In this document: positions 12,680 through 25,500 of the stretch, in pieces | How positions within the stretch are numbered: position 1 is the stretch's first letter | Layout of the letters: every line of letters begins with the position of its first letter | Source: Gordius albopunctatus | Lineage: Eukaryota | Assembly: GCA_964276515.1 (NCBI GenBank) | Contig: OZ193909.1 | Location: 2,604,001 to 2,668,000, forward strand | Direction of reading: 5' to 3' | Length of the DNA stretch: 64,000 nt | The notes under the pieces: model-generated | Told to the model about the DNA's origin: nothing | What the model saw: only the letters and a program-made list of their open reading frames with translations | Databases searched by the model: none | Program-made: the position numbers and the translations under genes

Positions 12680-13530
12680 AGTAGAGTAACAATTAAAATT
12701 TTAAAGGAATTGATAGGGAATTACTGGTTTCCACAAAGAATCGTTACGGATAATGGGAAAGCTTTCCCAGGCCACGCTTCTCGTCTCGCCACTACGCTCC
12801 ACGCCTCTTCGGACCCGTCCTGCAAGGTGCTTAGCCCCCCATTTCTCGTCTCGGCCGTTAATGCCAGCTCTCGTAGGGGGTCCCATCTGATGTCATTTTC
12901 TGCCAACAGTCTCGCGGTAAGCTTCTATCGCGCAATCCTATAATGAATTGGTCGACGATTCTGTTCTGCACTTATTCGTTTCCGAAGTTGCAGCTGTTAG
13001 CCCCGTCCTTGAGTCTATTAGCGTACGCGTCTATTTTCTTCCCTGACCTTGTCGGACCTTTGAGAATTCGTACCTCTTTGCCCTCGCACATGAATTCCTC
13101 TGGAATAATTTCCTTAACCGATTTTTCGCTTCTTCTTATGTAATTCCTGTCAACTCTTGCGGTCTATAATCTTCTAGTATTAATTGGAATGCATCCCCCC
13201 CCGAGGCTGGTTAATAATGGCGCGGCTTTTTGCTCATCTGTCTCCGTCTTATTGTTCCTAAGGAATAACTCAAATTGCGTTATAAAAGCGTCGATGTTAG
13301 CCGTTGTTTTATATTTCTGCATCTCCGCGTAGGATCCTACTCACGATGCCACTGTTAAAAGCTAGATCTTTATTCACATTAACTATTAGGACTGGGATAC
13401 AATAATCGCAAAGTGAGGCAAACGTGTATATCAAACGCATATATAAGTTACAACGAATTAACGATAATTTGATCGACAACACGCAGGTAAATAACGTATC
13501 CCCGGAGGCACTTCGCACTCCTATTACCTC
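12680..13530 (-). mobile_element. Gypsy-type LTR retrotransposon remnant: 5' LTR part, PBS, disrupted gag; integrase snippet on the opposite strand
   Basis: Minus strand ...TTAACA GTGGCATCGTGAGTAGGAT (PBS 13334-13351, tRNA-Ser-like). Gag-like fragments FITQFELFL, ANRLKDGANSCNFG, RIVDQFIIGLRD. Plus-strand FPQRIVTDNGKAF near 12728-12766. Confidence 0.75.
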
Positions 13531-14382
13531 TTTGCATAGTAATGGAAGGTTATTGATTATTTAGTAACTTTGCAAAAGATTAATCAAATTTTAACTTATT
13601 CTAAAAAATTAAATTTTTCCAAATTATGTATTTTATCGTTTTTTACATCAGATTAGTAATCATTAATAATACGTATTTTAGCATTCCTACGTAGGTGCAC
13701 AAAGGTTAATAAAGGTTTAGTTTGCTAAATTATTGCTGCGATGAACGCTTTAAATATTCTTCTTCTTAATTTTTTTATGAGGTTGCCTTTAAAAGCTAAG
13801 GGTGAAGTTTTAGGTTTTTTTAATTTAAATATGTAAAATTATAGCCGTATTGAGTAATATAATTATTATAGCATTATACCTATTAATGTTTACTTTAATT
13901 CTGACATAGAATATACCGAAATAAAAATAAATTTTTTGAATAAAACTAACAACATATATCTTAAATTTTATAGTTACGGCAATGGCCTGGTTGACAACTC
14001 TAATCAAGTAATTTAATATAAGATATCTGCAATTATGGAAATTTATTTTTATATATCTTTAACAATGGACAATGAAGATGGCCTGGGATAATCATCGGCG
14101 GAAAGATTTACACGTTTTAAATTTAAATTGTGTTTTATAGCGATTCTTTTCATTCGCCTGTTTGTAACTGTGATTATTACCGAAAGACTAAATTATTTCG
14201 GAATCCGCACTTAAAGACAGAAGTTAAAATATACCTATTATGTCCGTGACTAAATCGTAAGTCCAAAATTAGATCAGAGAATAATTCGTCCTCGAATAAA
14301 TCGTACTTCCGATAAATATTTTATTTCAAGTAAAAATTATGCCACAAACGAGTGATATTCAAGAAAATTTATTAATTGATAT

Positions 14383-14646
14383 TGTCTGTGCGCCGATGTT
14401 CCCTTTTATTCGGATACACTTCTTTTTTTCTCGTGTCTTGCACCAGTTGTCATTCCTTCCACCAGTTGTTATTGCCTCTGATAATACTCTCTTTGTGTGT
14501 CCCGCGCCAGCTGTTATTCTCCTTTGCGTCCTTCCCGTTACTCTTCCTAGATTTATTTTGTCTCTCACTTGCTATCGTCCCGCACCTGGTAAATGCCGCG
14601 CCTCTCGTTGCTCGTCTTCAACGAATCCATAGTGACATATATGACA
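14383..14646 (-). mobile_element. Possible solo LTR
   Basis: GC-richer island bounded by TGTC...GACA with a minus-strand AATAAA near the end; TSD not convincing. Confidence 0.3.
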
Positions 14647-15004
14647 ATACCAACTTCCACCGCGCTAATAGCTTGATTAGCGTAAATATGTTACCTACCA
14701 AATTAAAGTCGTTATGTAATTAAAACTAGCCCATATAAAGCTTTTAGAAAAATGCTTTTATAAATGTAGACCTTAGAATAAAATAAGAAATGACATGATA
14801 ATACTTTATAGAAATTTTTGAATGAAATAGGAAAATTAGTTCAATTAAACTTTTAAAAGCAAGATATTTGTTTTGTAAATATATATCTTAAATAAATCAA
14901 GAATTATTAGACATGATCTTAAAACTTAATTAGTGATTATTAAAATCGAATAGTAACCAGAGTAAAAGCAAATAACTTTTATGTAGAGTAAAATACAATT
15001 TGAA

Positions 15005-15830
15005 TAGAGCTGTTAAAATTCCTTTTCCACAGTAACTAGATAAGTTAAGGTAACTCAAAAAATGTAACTGATATTGTTACAATAACATTTTTTCAAAAGC
15101 ATCTGAATACAGTTCCAGTTACTTACCTGATGGAATTAGTTACATTAAAAGTTACTCGGATAAATTAAAACAACAATTTGTTTTAAATATAATTTATTCA
15201 CATATTTGAATAAAAATTACAGGGTAATATATGGTGGTTCGATTTCAATAAATGTCACATTCTATATTATCGTTTAAAAAGCTTCTACGCTTTTCACTAA
15301 ATATTAGTTTACCAAGACTAAATAGGTGCTTGACCGGGACGCTGGATGGTAGCGGTACATTAAATTTAACAAAAGGTTTTTTCGATTTAGGAAAATTATC
15401 GTATATTTTTAATATTTACACTTTTATCATTAGAATTAATAAAAGTGTAAATACATTTGGATCCTTTCCGACTTTGAATGTTTAAAAAATCTAACCTCGT
15501 AGATTCACCTAAGTCCTGTCGTTAACACCTCAACATTCGAAAAACATAATATATCATTTATAATAAACTATATAAGAAATTAGGGTAAAATTCGAAATTT
15601 CCACCGGAAATATTTAAACATTTTTCCATAGAATTTTCCTATCGTGCTATCTCTAGGAGTGGCCATAAAAAATCTTTGGAATTATGTTTTGCTTATGTTG
15701 CCTCATCCATCACAGTCATAATACTCATTTAAAAGATCTTATTTCAAGCATAGTCAAATCCCTATGATGTTGAAATATTTCTAGATCACCGATAATTACT
15801 GAAAGTAATTGATCTTAGTAATTTTATAAC
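15005..15830 (-). mobile_element. Degenerate hAT element with dimerization-domain remnant
   Basis: Minus strand ~15240-15400 reads FPKSKKPFVKFNVPLPSSVPVKHLFSLGKLIFSEKRR, similar to the 3817-4104 ORF; GTAAC/GTTAC subterminal repeats. Right boundary approximate. Confidence 0.65.
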
Positions 15831-16560
15831 TCAGATATAAATAGAACAAAAACTAAAAGGGACTACCCGGAGCTTGGAAAACAAGAGGTGGGGCATAATA
15901 GATAGGGCATGGTTTGGGAAGGAGATTGGAAAGGTCTATCGTTGTGAATACAACAAATGAGCTACTTTTCGAGCAGAGATTTAAATAAAGCTAAGGAGCA
16001 TTAACAACTTTGGTTTTAATATTATTTTTCAAAAACTTTTAGCCATGTTAAACTTCATATTTGTGCACATCCGAAACGGATACACCAATCTGAATAATAA
16101 CTTGTGTAGTGAGGAGCTGCCAATATATACCCTCCAACTTCTTTAAATATGATTTAAACATATTTCTCTAAACGTCTCTAAAGCATCATATAAGTTTCAA
16201 CAAAATGTCAGGATAAAATCGATAATTTACAACATTATTTGGAAAGGCAAACTTCATTATTAACATAATAGGTATATTTATTTGTTATGATTTTCCCATA
16301 AAATGTTACTTTTGAAGATATAGTAATTAAACATTATACCGCACCAAAAATTAGAGCATCTTGGATAAGGCCTAAGGGGATTATTCTTAATTCATCTGCA
16401 TAAGTGTTTATTATAGACTATTATTAACTAGACAGAATATACACATTTAACTCAAAAGTAAAACCTATGCCAAGTGATCCCAAATAAAAGGGTGACATTT
16501 TGTCTATGTACCTTAAATGAACTTGGTTTAATATATCCGTTGCACTCCTCATTTAATAAT

Positions 16561-19500
16561 ATGTCTATCGATATTGTTATATTTATCGGAATTAACCAAT
16601 TTTTATCATTTTATAGTGTTAACGCATTTTGGTTTCATAATTCTGAATCTAGTCTTGTTAATCCACATTATCCAATACTAGTTAATAATATAAATCAACC
16701 AAATGAAACAATTAGCAGAGAAACATATAAAAAACTTCAATATATATCAAACAATATAAATGCTTCAAACATAAATGAATCGGTAGTTGACGGATTGAAG
16801 GGGCAGGATTTAACAGGAGATCTGAATTCTGTGATTGATATAGTATTCAAATATTTGCAAAAGAATAATACTCAAGTAATTGTAATTTTATATAAATTAA
16901 ATTTTGTTAATTAAGTTTTTCTTCAAACCTTAGATATTCTATAATTAATTTAAGGTTTTATTTTTGCATAAAATTGAAAATATTACTTTAATTAAGCTAT
17001 TAGTTTGAATTCAGCTTATTCTGATTTGTGTAATGTAGATATATCTTAAATATTATTAAGAAATTTCTAAATTACATTTTAATTAATAATTGTATTATAA
17101 AAAATCAACCTTAGTTATTTATTATTTTTTTATTCCCATTTTATTTGCACATCCAACAAAATAGTAATTTGTGTTAATAATAAATCAGGTCATCTTTACA
17201 TAAATAATTATATATTTTTAGGGTTTTTGCTAGCCTATAAAATAAATTAGTAAAGTTGAAATCTAATTACTTTATCCTTTACAATCTATTAAATACTTAA
17301 ATGGCTACTTACTTTAAAGGCATGACTTGGTTTGGTTTTATAACACCCAAGGCATATTTTCAATGACCTGCCTTCTCACCCTTTCTTTTATCCAGTTTTA
17401 TTGTTTTGGTTTTACCACTTTTATAGTCTGCTTACTTCAAATCATGCCTCAAGCCATACTTATTTTATGAAACACAATTTTCCTATTTCATATTGGTAAG
17501 CAATTTTAGTAGTCATCAGCTCTTTAAATCCATATAGAGATTTGCAAATTCTCGATTACTTTTGTATCATTGATTTTAAAATGAGAAAGTGTGTAGATCC
17601 TGTTGGATATTAATCGCATTAATTAACTTACATTAAAATAATTTTAAAATTAAATATTTAATTTTTTAAATCCGCCTAGTTTTAATTTTTTACCCGCCCA
17701 TATACTCGTCTGAAACAAGCGCTAGAGCTTGAAATTATTTATGCTACATTTCGTGGTATTTGTTAATACGTGACCGGATATGATGATATTTTTAATGCGT
17801 TAAGCTTCCAATGGTCCTCGGTTATTATAATAAAGGTGGTCTGCTTATTAGCTTGGAAGTCAAGTGGGTTAGGATAGGCTTTACCATTGACCAATGGAGT
17901 GAATGTCAGGGATGACATCTCTCGGTGTATTCTTTTTTATGCAATTGTTGACTTTTCCGGTCTGCAGCAACGCTAATTTCCTCTTCCCACTGGTGTTTTT
18001 CCTAGGATCTCTCACGCCATTCATTCGTGACCAAAGGCCTGACACTTAATTAAAGAAGATTATCTGTTCTGTAGGGGCTTAAGCAAATAATAATCTTTCT
18101 GGGTAGTTCTTGGGGGCTAAGTTAGAGATTTATGTTTGAGACCTTCCCGACCCCGAAGAATGCGCTGTCGAGGTGCGAGTGGGTTGCTAATCAGTTGGTT
18201 AAGACCAATTAATGATCGGGATGAGATTGAGTCCGTTATTAATACCACATAGGGGGGGGGGGCCGGCGGCAGAGTTTAGTTGTTATCTTATTTTTGATGA
18301 GTGGGCCCTGAAAGTATTTTTTCGAAATGACTTACGAAGTCGGTGGAGTTGAAAGAATCTACGAAAAAGCAATTTAGATAGAAGTGGAACCAACTTCCCC
18401 AACGGGAGCACCTCTAAATAAGGGAAACTGTCTTTGTTAATGGCAGGGGATGTGCCACTTGTTTTGTTAAGCATTGCTGCGAAACTGCCTGGGTTTTGTT
18501 TGGTCGACTAAACGAGTCAACCGTTAGTCTTAGTTAAACCAAAGGTGAACCAAACGAAACCGAGCCGTTTTTATAGCACTAGTGTTGAGTCTTACTCAAT
18601 GGTAGTTATTCTATTATCGAGTCTTTAATCGACTTTGGGATTTTCCGGGTCTCATAAGCTGCCTGTATATTGCTACAATGTTAAAGCACGAAAATTAACC
18701 CTTTTTAGGTTTTTGGGTTGCTTGTGAAAGAATTAATTGTTTCTTGTATAATTGTGCCCTAGGACTTTATTACATAACGTAGGGCCTGCTGCGTCAATGG
18801 GTTTTGTCGTTAAGCGCTAGGCTTTTTTATCAGCTATTTCAAAAAAAAAAACAATGACTTTGTACATTGTCATTCATATCCAGGCGTTGTCATTGTTGAA
18901 AAAGGACTAACTTTAAGAATGTGTTTGAGCTACTTTATCCAGTAAAGCAGTGATTCTTAAGCGAGGGGCCGCGAGAAGTTTGCCAGGGGTCCGCTAAATT
19001 ATGCAAATTTGTTTAGAATATAATAAAAATATTCAGAAAAGCTTCTGGATTCAAGATCCATACAACAATTATAAAAATACCAATTTATCATCAGATGATG
19101 AAGATTCACTATATTAGAATTAATAAATGATTGTAATTTAAAATCTTTGTTTAAAACTAAAAGTTTGCCGCAATTTTGGATACAAATTCGTGCAGAATAT
19201 CCTCCATTATTTTGAGCAGCAATGCAAAATTAGCTGCCTTTCGCTAGTACATATTTGTGTGAAAAGGCTTCTCAACTATGGTGGATATAAAACTAAAAAA
19301 CGCAATCGATTGCCACTAGATTCCTTCCTGAATGAGGATAGCATTACAATCAATTGAACCAAGAATTAACAAATTGGTTGATGATGTTCAGCAGCAGAAA
19401 TCTCATTAAATATAATATTTCCGAATGCATATATAGTTTATTATTATAAATGAATGCTTTTAATGTTTAATTTTGAAGTTTTTATGTTATTTAAATAGAT

Positions 19501-22500
19501 AATGAAATAATGAAGTTGTGTTTTATGTTTATTATATAATAAAATGAAACAATAATAACAAATAGAAATTATTATGGAAACAATGGGGGACCGCGCGCGT
19601 GTATAAAAAGGTTAAGAACCACTGCAGTAAAGGAAAACTGCGAAAAGTGCTATAGTTACGTTTTACCTGTCGTGTCGGAGATAAGTGTTATTTCAATATT
19701 TGACGATTTTATTTTAGAGGCAATTTTAGGTTTACCCTCAAGGCAAAAGTATAAACATTTACTTTAGTTCTTGGCATGGGCGGAACCAGGATTGAAATTA
19801 GAGTGGGGGGGTGGGGAAATAATGCTCTGGGGACGGGAAAATTGATAATTTTTTGAAATTTTAGCCATAATTATATTTTCAAGAGGGCAGCCGCCTCCCT
19901 CTGGCTACGCCTACCTTATATATAATTTGTTTTTCGTTTAGATTAGCAAAAATTAATTTTATGCCTCGAGCAATTTGGCCAGTTATGTGCGTTGATAATC
20001 GCCCTATTTTTACGCATGTCGTGAAATGGACGTGTTGTGGTCGAATATTGTATAACACGACGACTTTTTAATATGGCCATGCTCTATATGAGCTCACTTT
20101 TATTATTGAAAAATGTGGCAAATAGGAAATTTTTGGCACAAGCCCCCCACACTCATTCAAATGTATTCTTCGATTCCTCGTAGTAAATAAACCAAAGCGG
20201 AGCTACTGAAATTCATTTTGTATATGAACAAAGCTCAAGGTCTAGTTAAATTTTAATTTTTTTAGTGGAAGTTTACCGTTTTACTATTATATAGTAAATC
20301 GTTAAAGTTTTAAATCTACGTTCAGTTTATATTTAAAGTTTATTATTGCTAATAATAACTATTTTTATGCGTAACACGAAAAATTAACGTAATATCAGTA
20401 CATAGGCTTAGCCAGGGTGCCCCGACCCCCCCCTAAAACATAAATTCTTCAACATTCAATATGATTACGACTGAAATTACTAAAAAAATTTATTTTGCCC
20501 CCCTCTAAATTATTATTGCCCCCCCCCCCACTCTAGTTTCAATCCTAGCTACGCCCATGAATTAGCAGAAAATTCCTTATTAATTACTATTTTAAACCAA
20601 TTTTTAATATTTTGTGTAATCCCTTAACCAATTACATAAATTCCTCAGTCATTTAACCCTGGCCATATTGAATGGCACCAGAATTTTAGATTTTTATTAC
20701 GAGGAAAATTTCATTTTTCCTAGCAAGGGGTTGTTGGCCTAGGGATGGCATATAGTAATTTTTAAAATAATAATATAGTGAAATGAGTAAATTCCAAGTT
20801 TTATTTGTGACGTAGAATAATGGAATATCCGAAGGCACGGGACCTGGAGCTGGAGGGACTCAAGGAATCCCATTTCAAATGAGCCCGGTCGAGGCTGAGC
20901 GGAATAGTGCAATCGCTAAAAACATAATAGCCGCCATATCCCAAACCTATTCCGAGTATAAGCAAGATGGAGGAGAAGGGGGCACGGTTTAAATTCATTG
21001 CTATTATTAAATTTATGGACTCGCTTTTGATTCTCCTCCCCTGTGTCCAACTTTTAATTTTTGAATATTTTTTTAATGGCTGTGGACTTGTGCATCTTGC
21101 TTTCGCAAACAGACTTGTCTTCACCTCGTCCGACCCCAACATCCATTATATTGTTTATGGGCCCGACTCATTACCTAATTATAATAATACATAAATTTCT
21201 TTTCGCAACTCGTCTAGTATATTATAATATAACTTTTTATATTAACTCTCGTTCTCCTATTCTATATCATGGGCTCACTTTCGGTTTATTATAATGGAGA
21301 AGCTTATAAGCTTTCGCATAAAGACTAAAAAATAATGGCCGCTGGTCGGCTTCAACTTTCCGACCTCGCCCAGCCAAAATCCTATTTTCATTTGGCATTT
21401 CTTTTTGCAACTTGCCTATCTTGATGCTTTATTAATTGCTATGCAATGTATGGACTCGCTTTTAATTGTCCGTTCCCTCCCGTCTAACTTGTAACTTTTG
21501 CAATGATTGCCGTGTAAACTTATGCGGGTTTATGATGATTGTGGACTTATGCTGCTTCTGTAAAATACTTTTATTTATTGCTATTTCGCTTTCGCAAATA
21601 CACTACCTAATGAATGACCTCCGATCGTCTATACTTTTTTCCACCTCGCCCCAGCCCAAATTCCATAGATTACCACTATTAAAGAATTTCTTTTGACCAC
21701 TTGTCTAGGGTTGATGCTCGATACCGACGGATAATTGCGAAATTGGTTAAAGGATTCCCTGCAAATTAATATCACATATCTATAAATTTAAAGATAGAAA
21801 TATATCAGTTCATCATACCCCAACTTTTATGAATATTACTATTTTATCCTAGGATGGGCAACAGCAGTTAGTTGGGGGCAACAAAGTGGTTCATTACATG
21901 GTTAAAGTCCTCACCCGAATTTTGGCCGCATTCGACGCATCGCCTCAAGCCCAAAGGGTTGAGGCTGAACTAAGGGCCCGGCTTAGGCGCGATTACTATG
22001 ATGCTTTGATCGGAGATATAAAGGTTTGGGAAGCCGGCCAACAATCTAGGCGGGCCGTAGCCTTAGATGGCTTAACTTCGGCCCAAAGCCTGCCCCCCAA
22101 ACCACAGAATTCTGAAGTTACGATGCATAAAAAACCTAATCCTAAACAAGGTAAATTTAATATACGTTCCGTTCGTGTGAGACTTACGTTGCTATTTGGA
22201 TGAAACTTTTATGTGCGAATATTTTGGTTAGAATAAGATTTGAGGTTATTTAAACTACATATATGCGTTTTTTGGAAATGCGATTAAATGTGTACAAATG
22301 ATGTTTTAAATTGGAGTTTTATTTATTGTAGTATTTTATTTCTTTCGAATTTTAGCCATCATCCTTGAGAATATCCGTCATTATATTTCGGAGTTTGAAA
22401 TTTGATTATAGTAATATTTGCGTTTAAGAAAGCCAAAAGATTTTTACAATGCGGCCACGTGATATTTAAATGCGGTCAGAGTCAGACCTAAACATTTTGT

Positions 22501-25500
22501 TTGTATTAAAATGGATTTTGTCTAATTTTTCTTATTACTCTGTATGTGGCTCATAAAAAAGATTAATTTCGTTTTTACATATATGTTTCCTCTTCGTGAT
22601 ACCTGATATTAAATCACACACATTTATAAAATTTTAATTTTTTCCCCCACCCCAAAAATTTGGTATTTTGCTTGATTCGTCACATTTCAACTATAATTGA
22701 TAGTGTGGGGTTACGCCATCCTTTTCGTCACAATCATATGTTTTTGTGCCCTGACGGGAGCCTTGTTTTTGAGTTTCATGAAAAAGAAATATTATAAAAT
22801 GATGTTGCAATTCATGATGGGTCTGGCCGTAGGCTCTCTCTCTGGCAGCGCCGTTTTTCACCTCATACCACAAGTATACTTTTTTGATGTTTAAGATATG
22901 TCTCTAGGGGTACTTTATAATGTTAAAGCTCAATCTTGTGCTCATAGAGTTTACATCATTTTTATGATCTACCATATAGCCTAATACAAAAAATGGCTTC
23001 TCTTAGTTTATTGTGATTTACATAATAGATGGGTTTGTTTAAGGACGGCTACCTAAACTCCAAATGTAAACAAATTAATCATGTTTAGGAGGATATGCTA
23101 TATTTTGCATTTGATACCTTTTCTATACAAATCAAAGTTTTATTTAATTACCCAAAGCTTATTTATTTAACTGGTGGTTAACTTGATTCGATACTCATCA
23201 ATTTTTGCTATTTTTAAAAATAAAATGTGCTTCGCGTCTGTTTGTTTAGGCGTTCAATTTGTTAGAAAACGACGTGCATCATTCTTACATCAAAAAAAGT
23301 GGGACAGTGATTGGGGGAATCTATCTTTTCCTCGTAACCGAGTGGCTCATCAAATTATTCCTCGAAAAACGACGGGTATATAATCATAAATTTATCTTCA
23401 TTTTTAAATAAATAAAAATTATTTATGGTCTTTTAATTAGTTAAAATATATATAAAACATACGACAGTCTAAAATCTAACGGATCTTGTTTTTGTCTTTG
23501 TTGAGAGCGCAGACGATATTTTGAGCGTTAATTTTATTTTTACTGTATATTATTTTGTGTTTCAAATGTTCCTTATGCCATTAAATTTAGAAGATATAGG
23601 CATTTGATTTTGTAGCACACCATTTGTTTAAGTTATTATAAAACGATTATTAACGTTTTTAAAAGGTTTCTTGCTTCTTAATACAAAAAATACAAAAAAC
23701 TGATTTGTTTTGCATACACTGCTGTAATTATAGAAAATAATGCAAAATTCCTCAAGCTAAGACTGCTTATTGCGCCATTTACCCATGAACAACATTACAT
23801 ACTCATCGGATTTTTAATTTAACACCCCATAAATTATTCAGAATCGGCATGTCTAAACGTTTACCCTATTATATTCGTAAAAATTCAGATAGGAGTTTTT
23901 ACGACAGTCCTAGTTATCGAGTTCAACAAATATGTTTAACATCGATCAAGCACCTAATTGTTTACCCATTAACGCAAAAAAATATGTTAATCAACGACTT
24001 TTATTTAACACATACAGCAGCAGCAGCACCCTACTTTTCGCATTTTTAAGCGTAAACCATAGGAATTGTCGTCATCCCCAAGGTCGCGCTTTAGTGACAA
24101 TTTACTCGTTAAGTCGTTACCATGTCTCTTGTCTTATACCTAATAGATTTCAGTCTGCTTCGCAGTGCCAACCTTTTTATTAGTCTTACTCCTCTTACGT
24201 CATTATATGTACTTATTTGATATGGTTTTGGACGGGATAGAGTTTATATTCGCCTTTTTTGGCATGATTAAGACACTGACGTATTCTATTTACCTGATAG
24301 GGAATTTAAGTCTACCACCTAGAAGTCATATTGCCCGACCCAATTTTTTAGCTTCAAAAATGAAAATGTTGGAATAACATTTGTATTTGTTTGGCTATAA
24401 TGGGCAATATTTTTATTGTGAGTTCCGCTCTTTAGGCCTGCATTTTTGTTTATATTTCTTCCCCATTCACCCAAGCTTCATAATTTCCCCGTAAAGTCTT
24501 GTAAGGACACTTGACACCGATTTTTAGTTGGATAACTTCGAGAGGGAACACTAACATTCCACCTCGCTAGTTTCTATTAAATACCACCCCCACCCACCCA
24601 TTTCACGTTATCCTTGAGGGCTTGTGTCTTAATATCGTATTTTGCTGCGCAGCAAAAATCGTTGTACGGGTGGTTATAACATAGCCCCGTGTGTCTAAAC
24701 TTCGAATTCAAAGCAGCAGATTTGCATTTCAGACGCATAACATAACAGCGATTAATCTCAAGAGTTGAAATAAATAAATAAAAACGGAATATTAATAATC
24801 AAAACCCAGTCTGACACATGAAATTGAATCATCGGATATTTGATAGAAATAAATTGGCGCCATTTCAATCTGAATCCGATATTAAGAGAAGCCCTAAGAA
24901 AAAAATTTGTTTTCGTCCAGGAGTGTTGTAAAAACGGGACTGGGTTTTGTTTGGGTCGAGTAAACATCAAGAGATCAAAGGTTTTTTGGTGTCTATTTAT
25001 GTTTGGTCGGCTTCTAGCCTAAGGGCTTGTGTCTTAATATCGGATTCAGATTCAAATGGCGCCAATTTATCTTTATCAAATATCCGATGATTCAATTTCA
25101 TGTGTCAGACTGGGTTTTGATTATTAATATTCCGTTTTTATTTATTTATTTCAACTCTTGAGATTAATCGCTGGTATGTTATGATGCGTCTGAAATGAAA
25201 ATCTGCCGCTGTGAATTCGAAGTTTAGACACGACGGCTATTTTATAACCCGTACATCGATTTTGGCTGCGCAGCAAAATCCGATATTAAAAAGACACAAG
25301 CCCTACGTCGAAATTTGAAAAACGGAGCACAGATGACCGCTACTTTTATTTAAACCAAAGGGGTCGACCATATAAAACCCAGTCCCGACACTTCTACATA
25401 ATAGTGTTATTCCTCCCTCAGAAGCATTAGTTTAAATAGTGTTCAGGGAAAAAATGATTGCTTAAACGTCCGCCTCTGCACGAGACTAATTTAGCGGGGG

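Noticed and set aside
17700..18470. GC-richer segment with ORF 18283-18474
   Set aside because: Probably a decayed retroelement, but no diagnostic motif could be read.
19945..20025. [17 protein letters not shown] as the missing ZIP CPALLY exon
   Set aside because: Weak resemblance, in-frame stop and no suitable donor.
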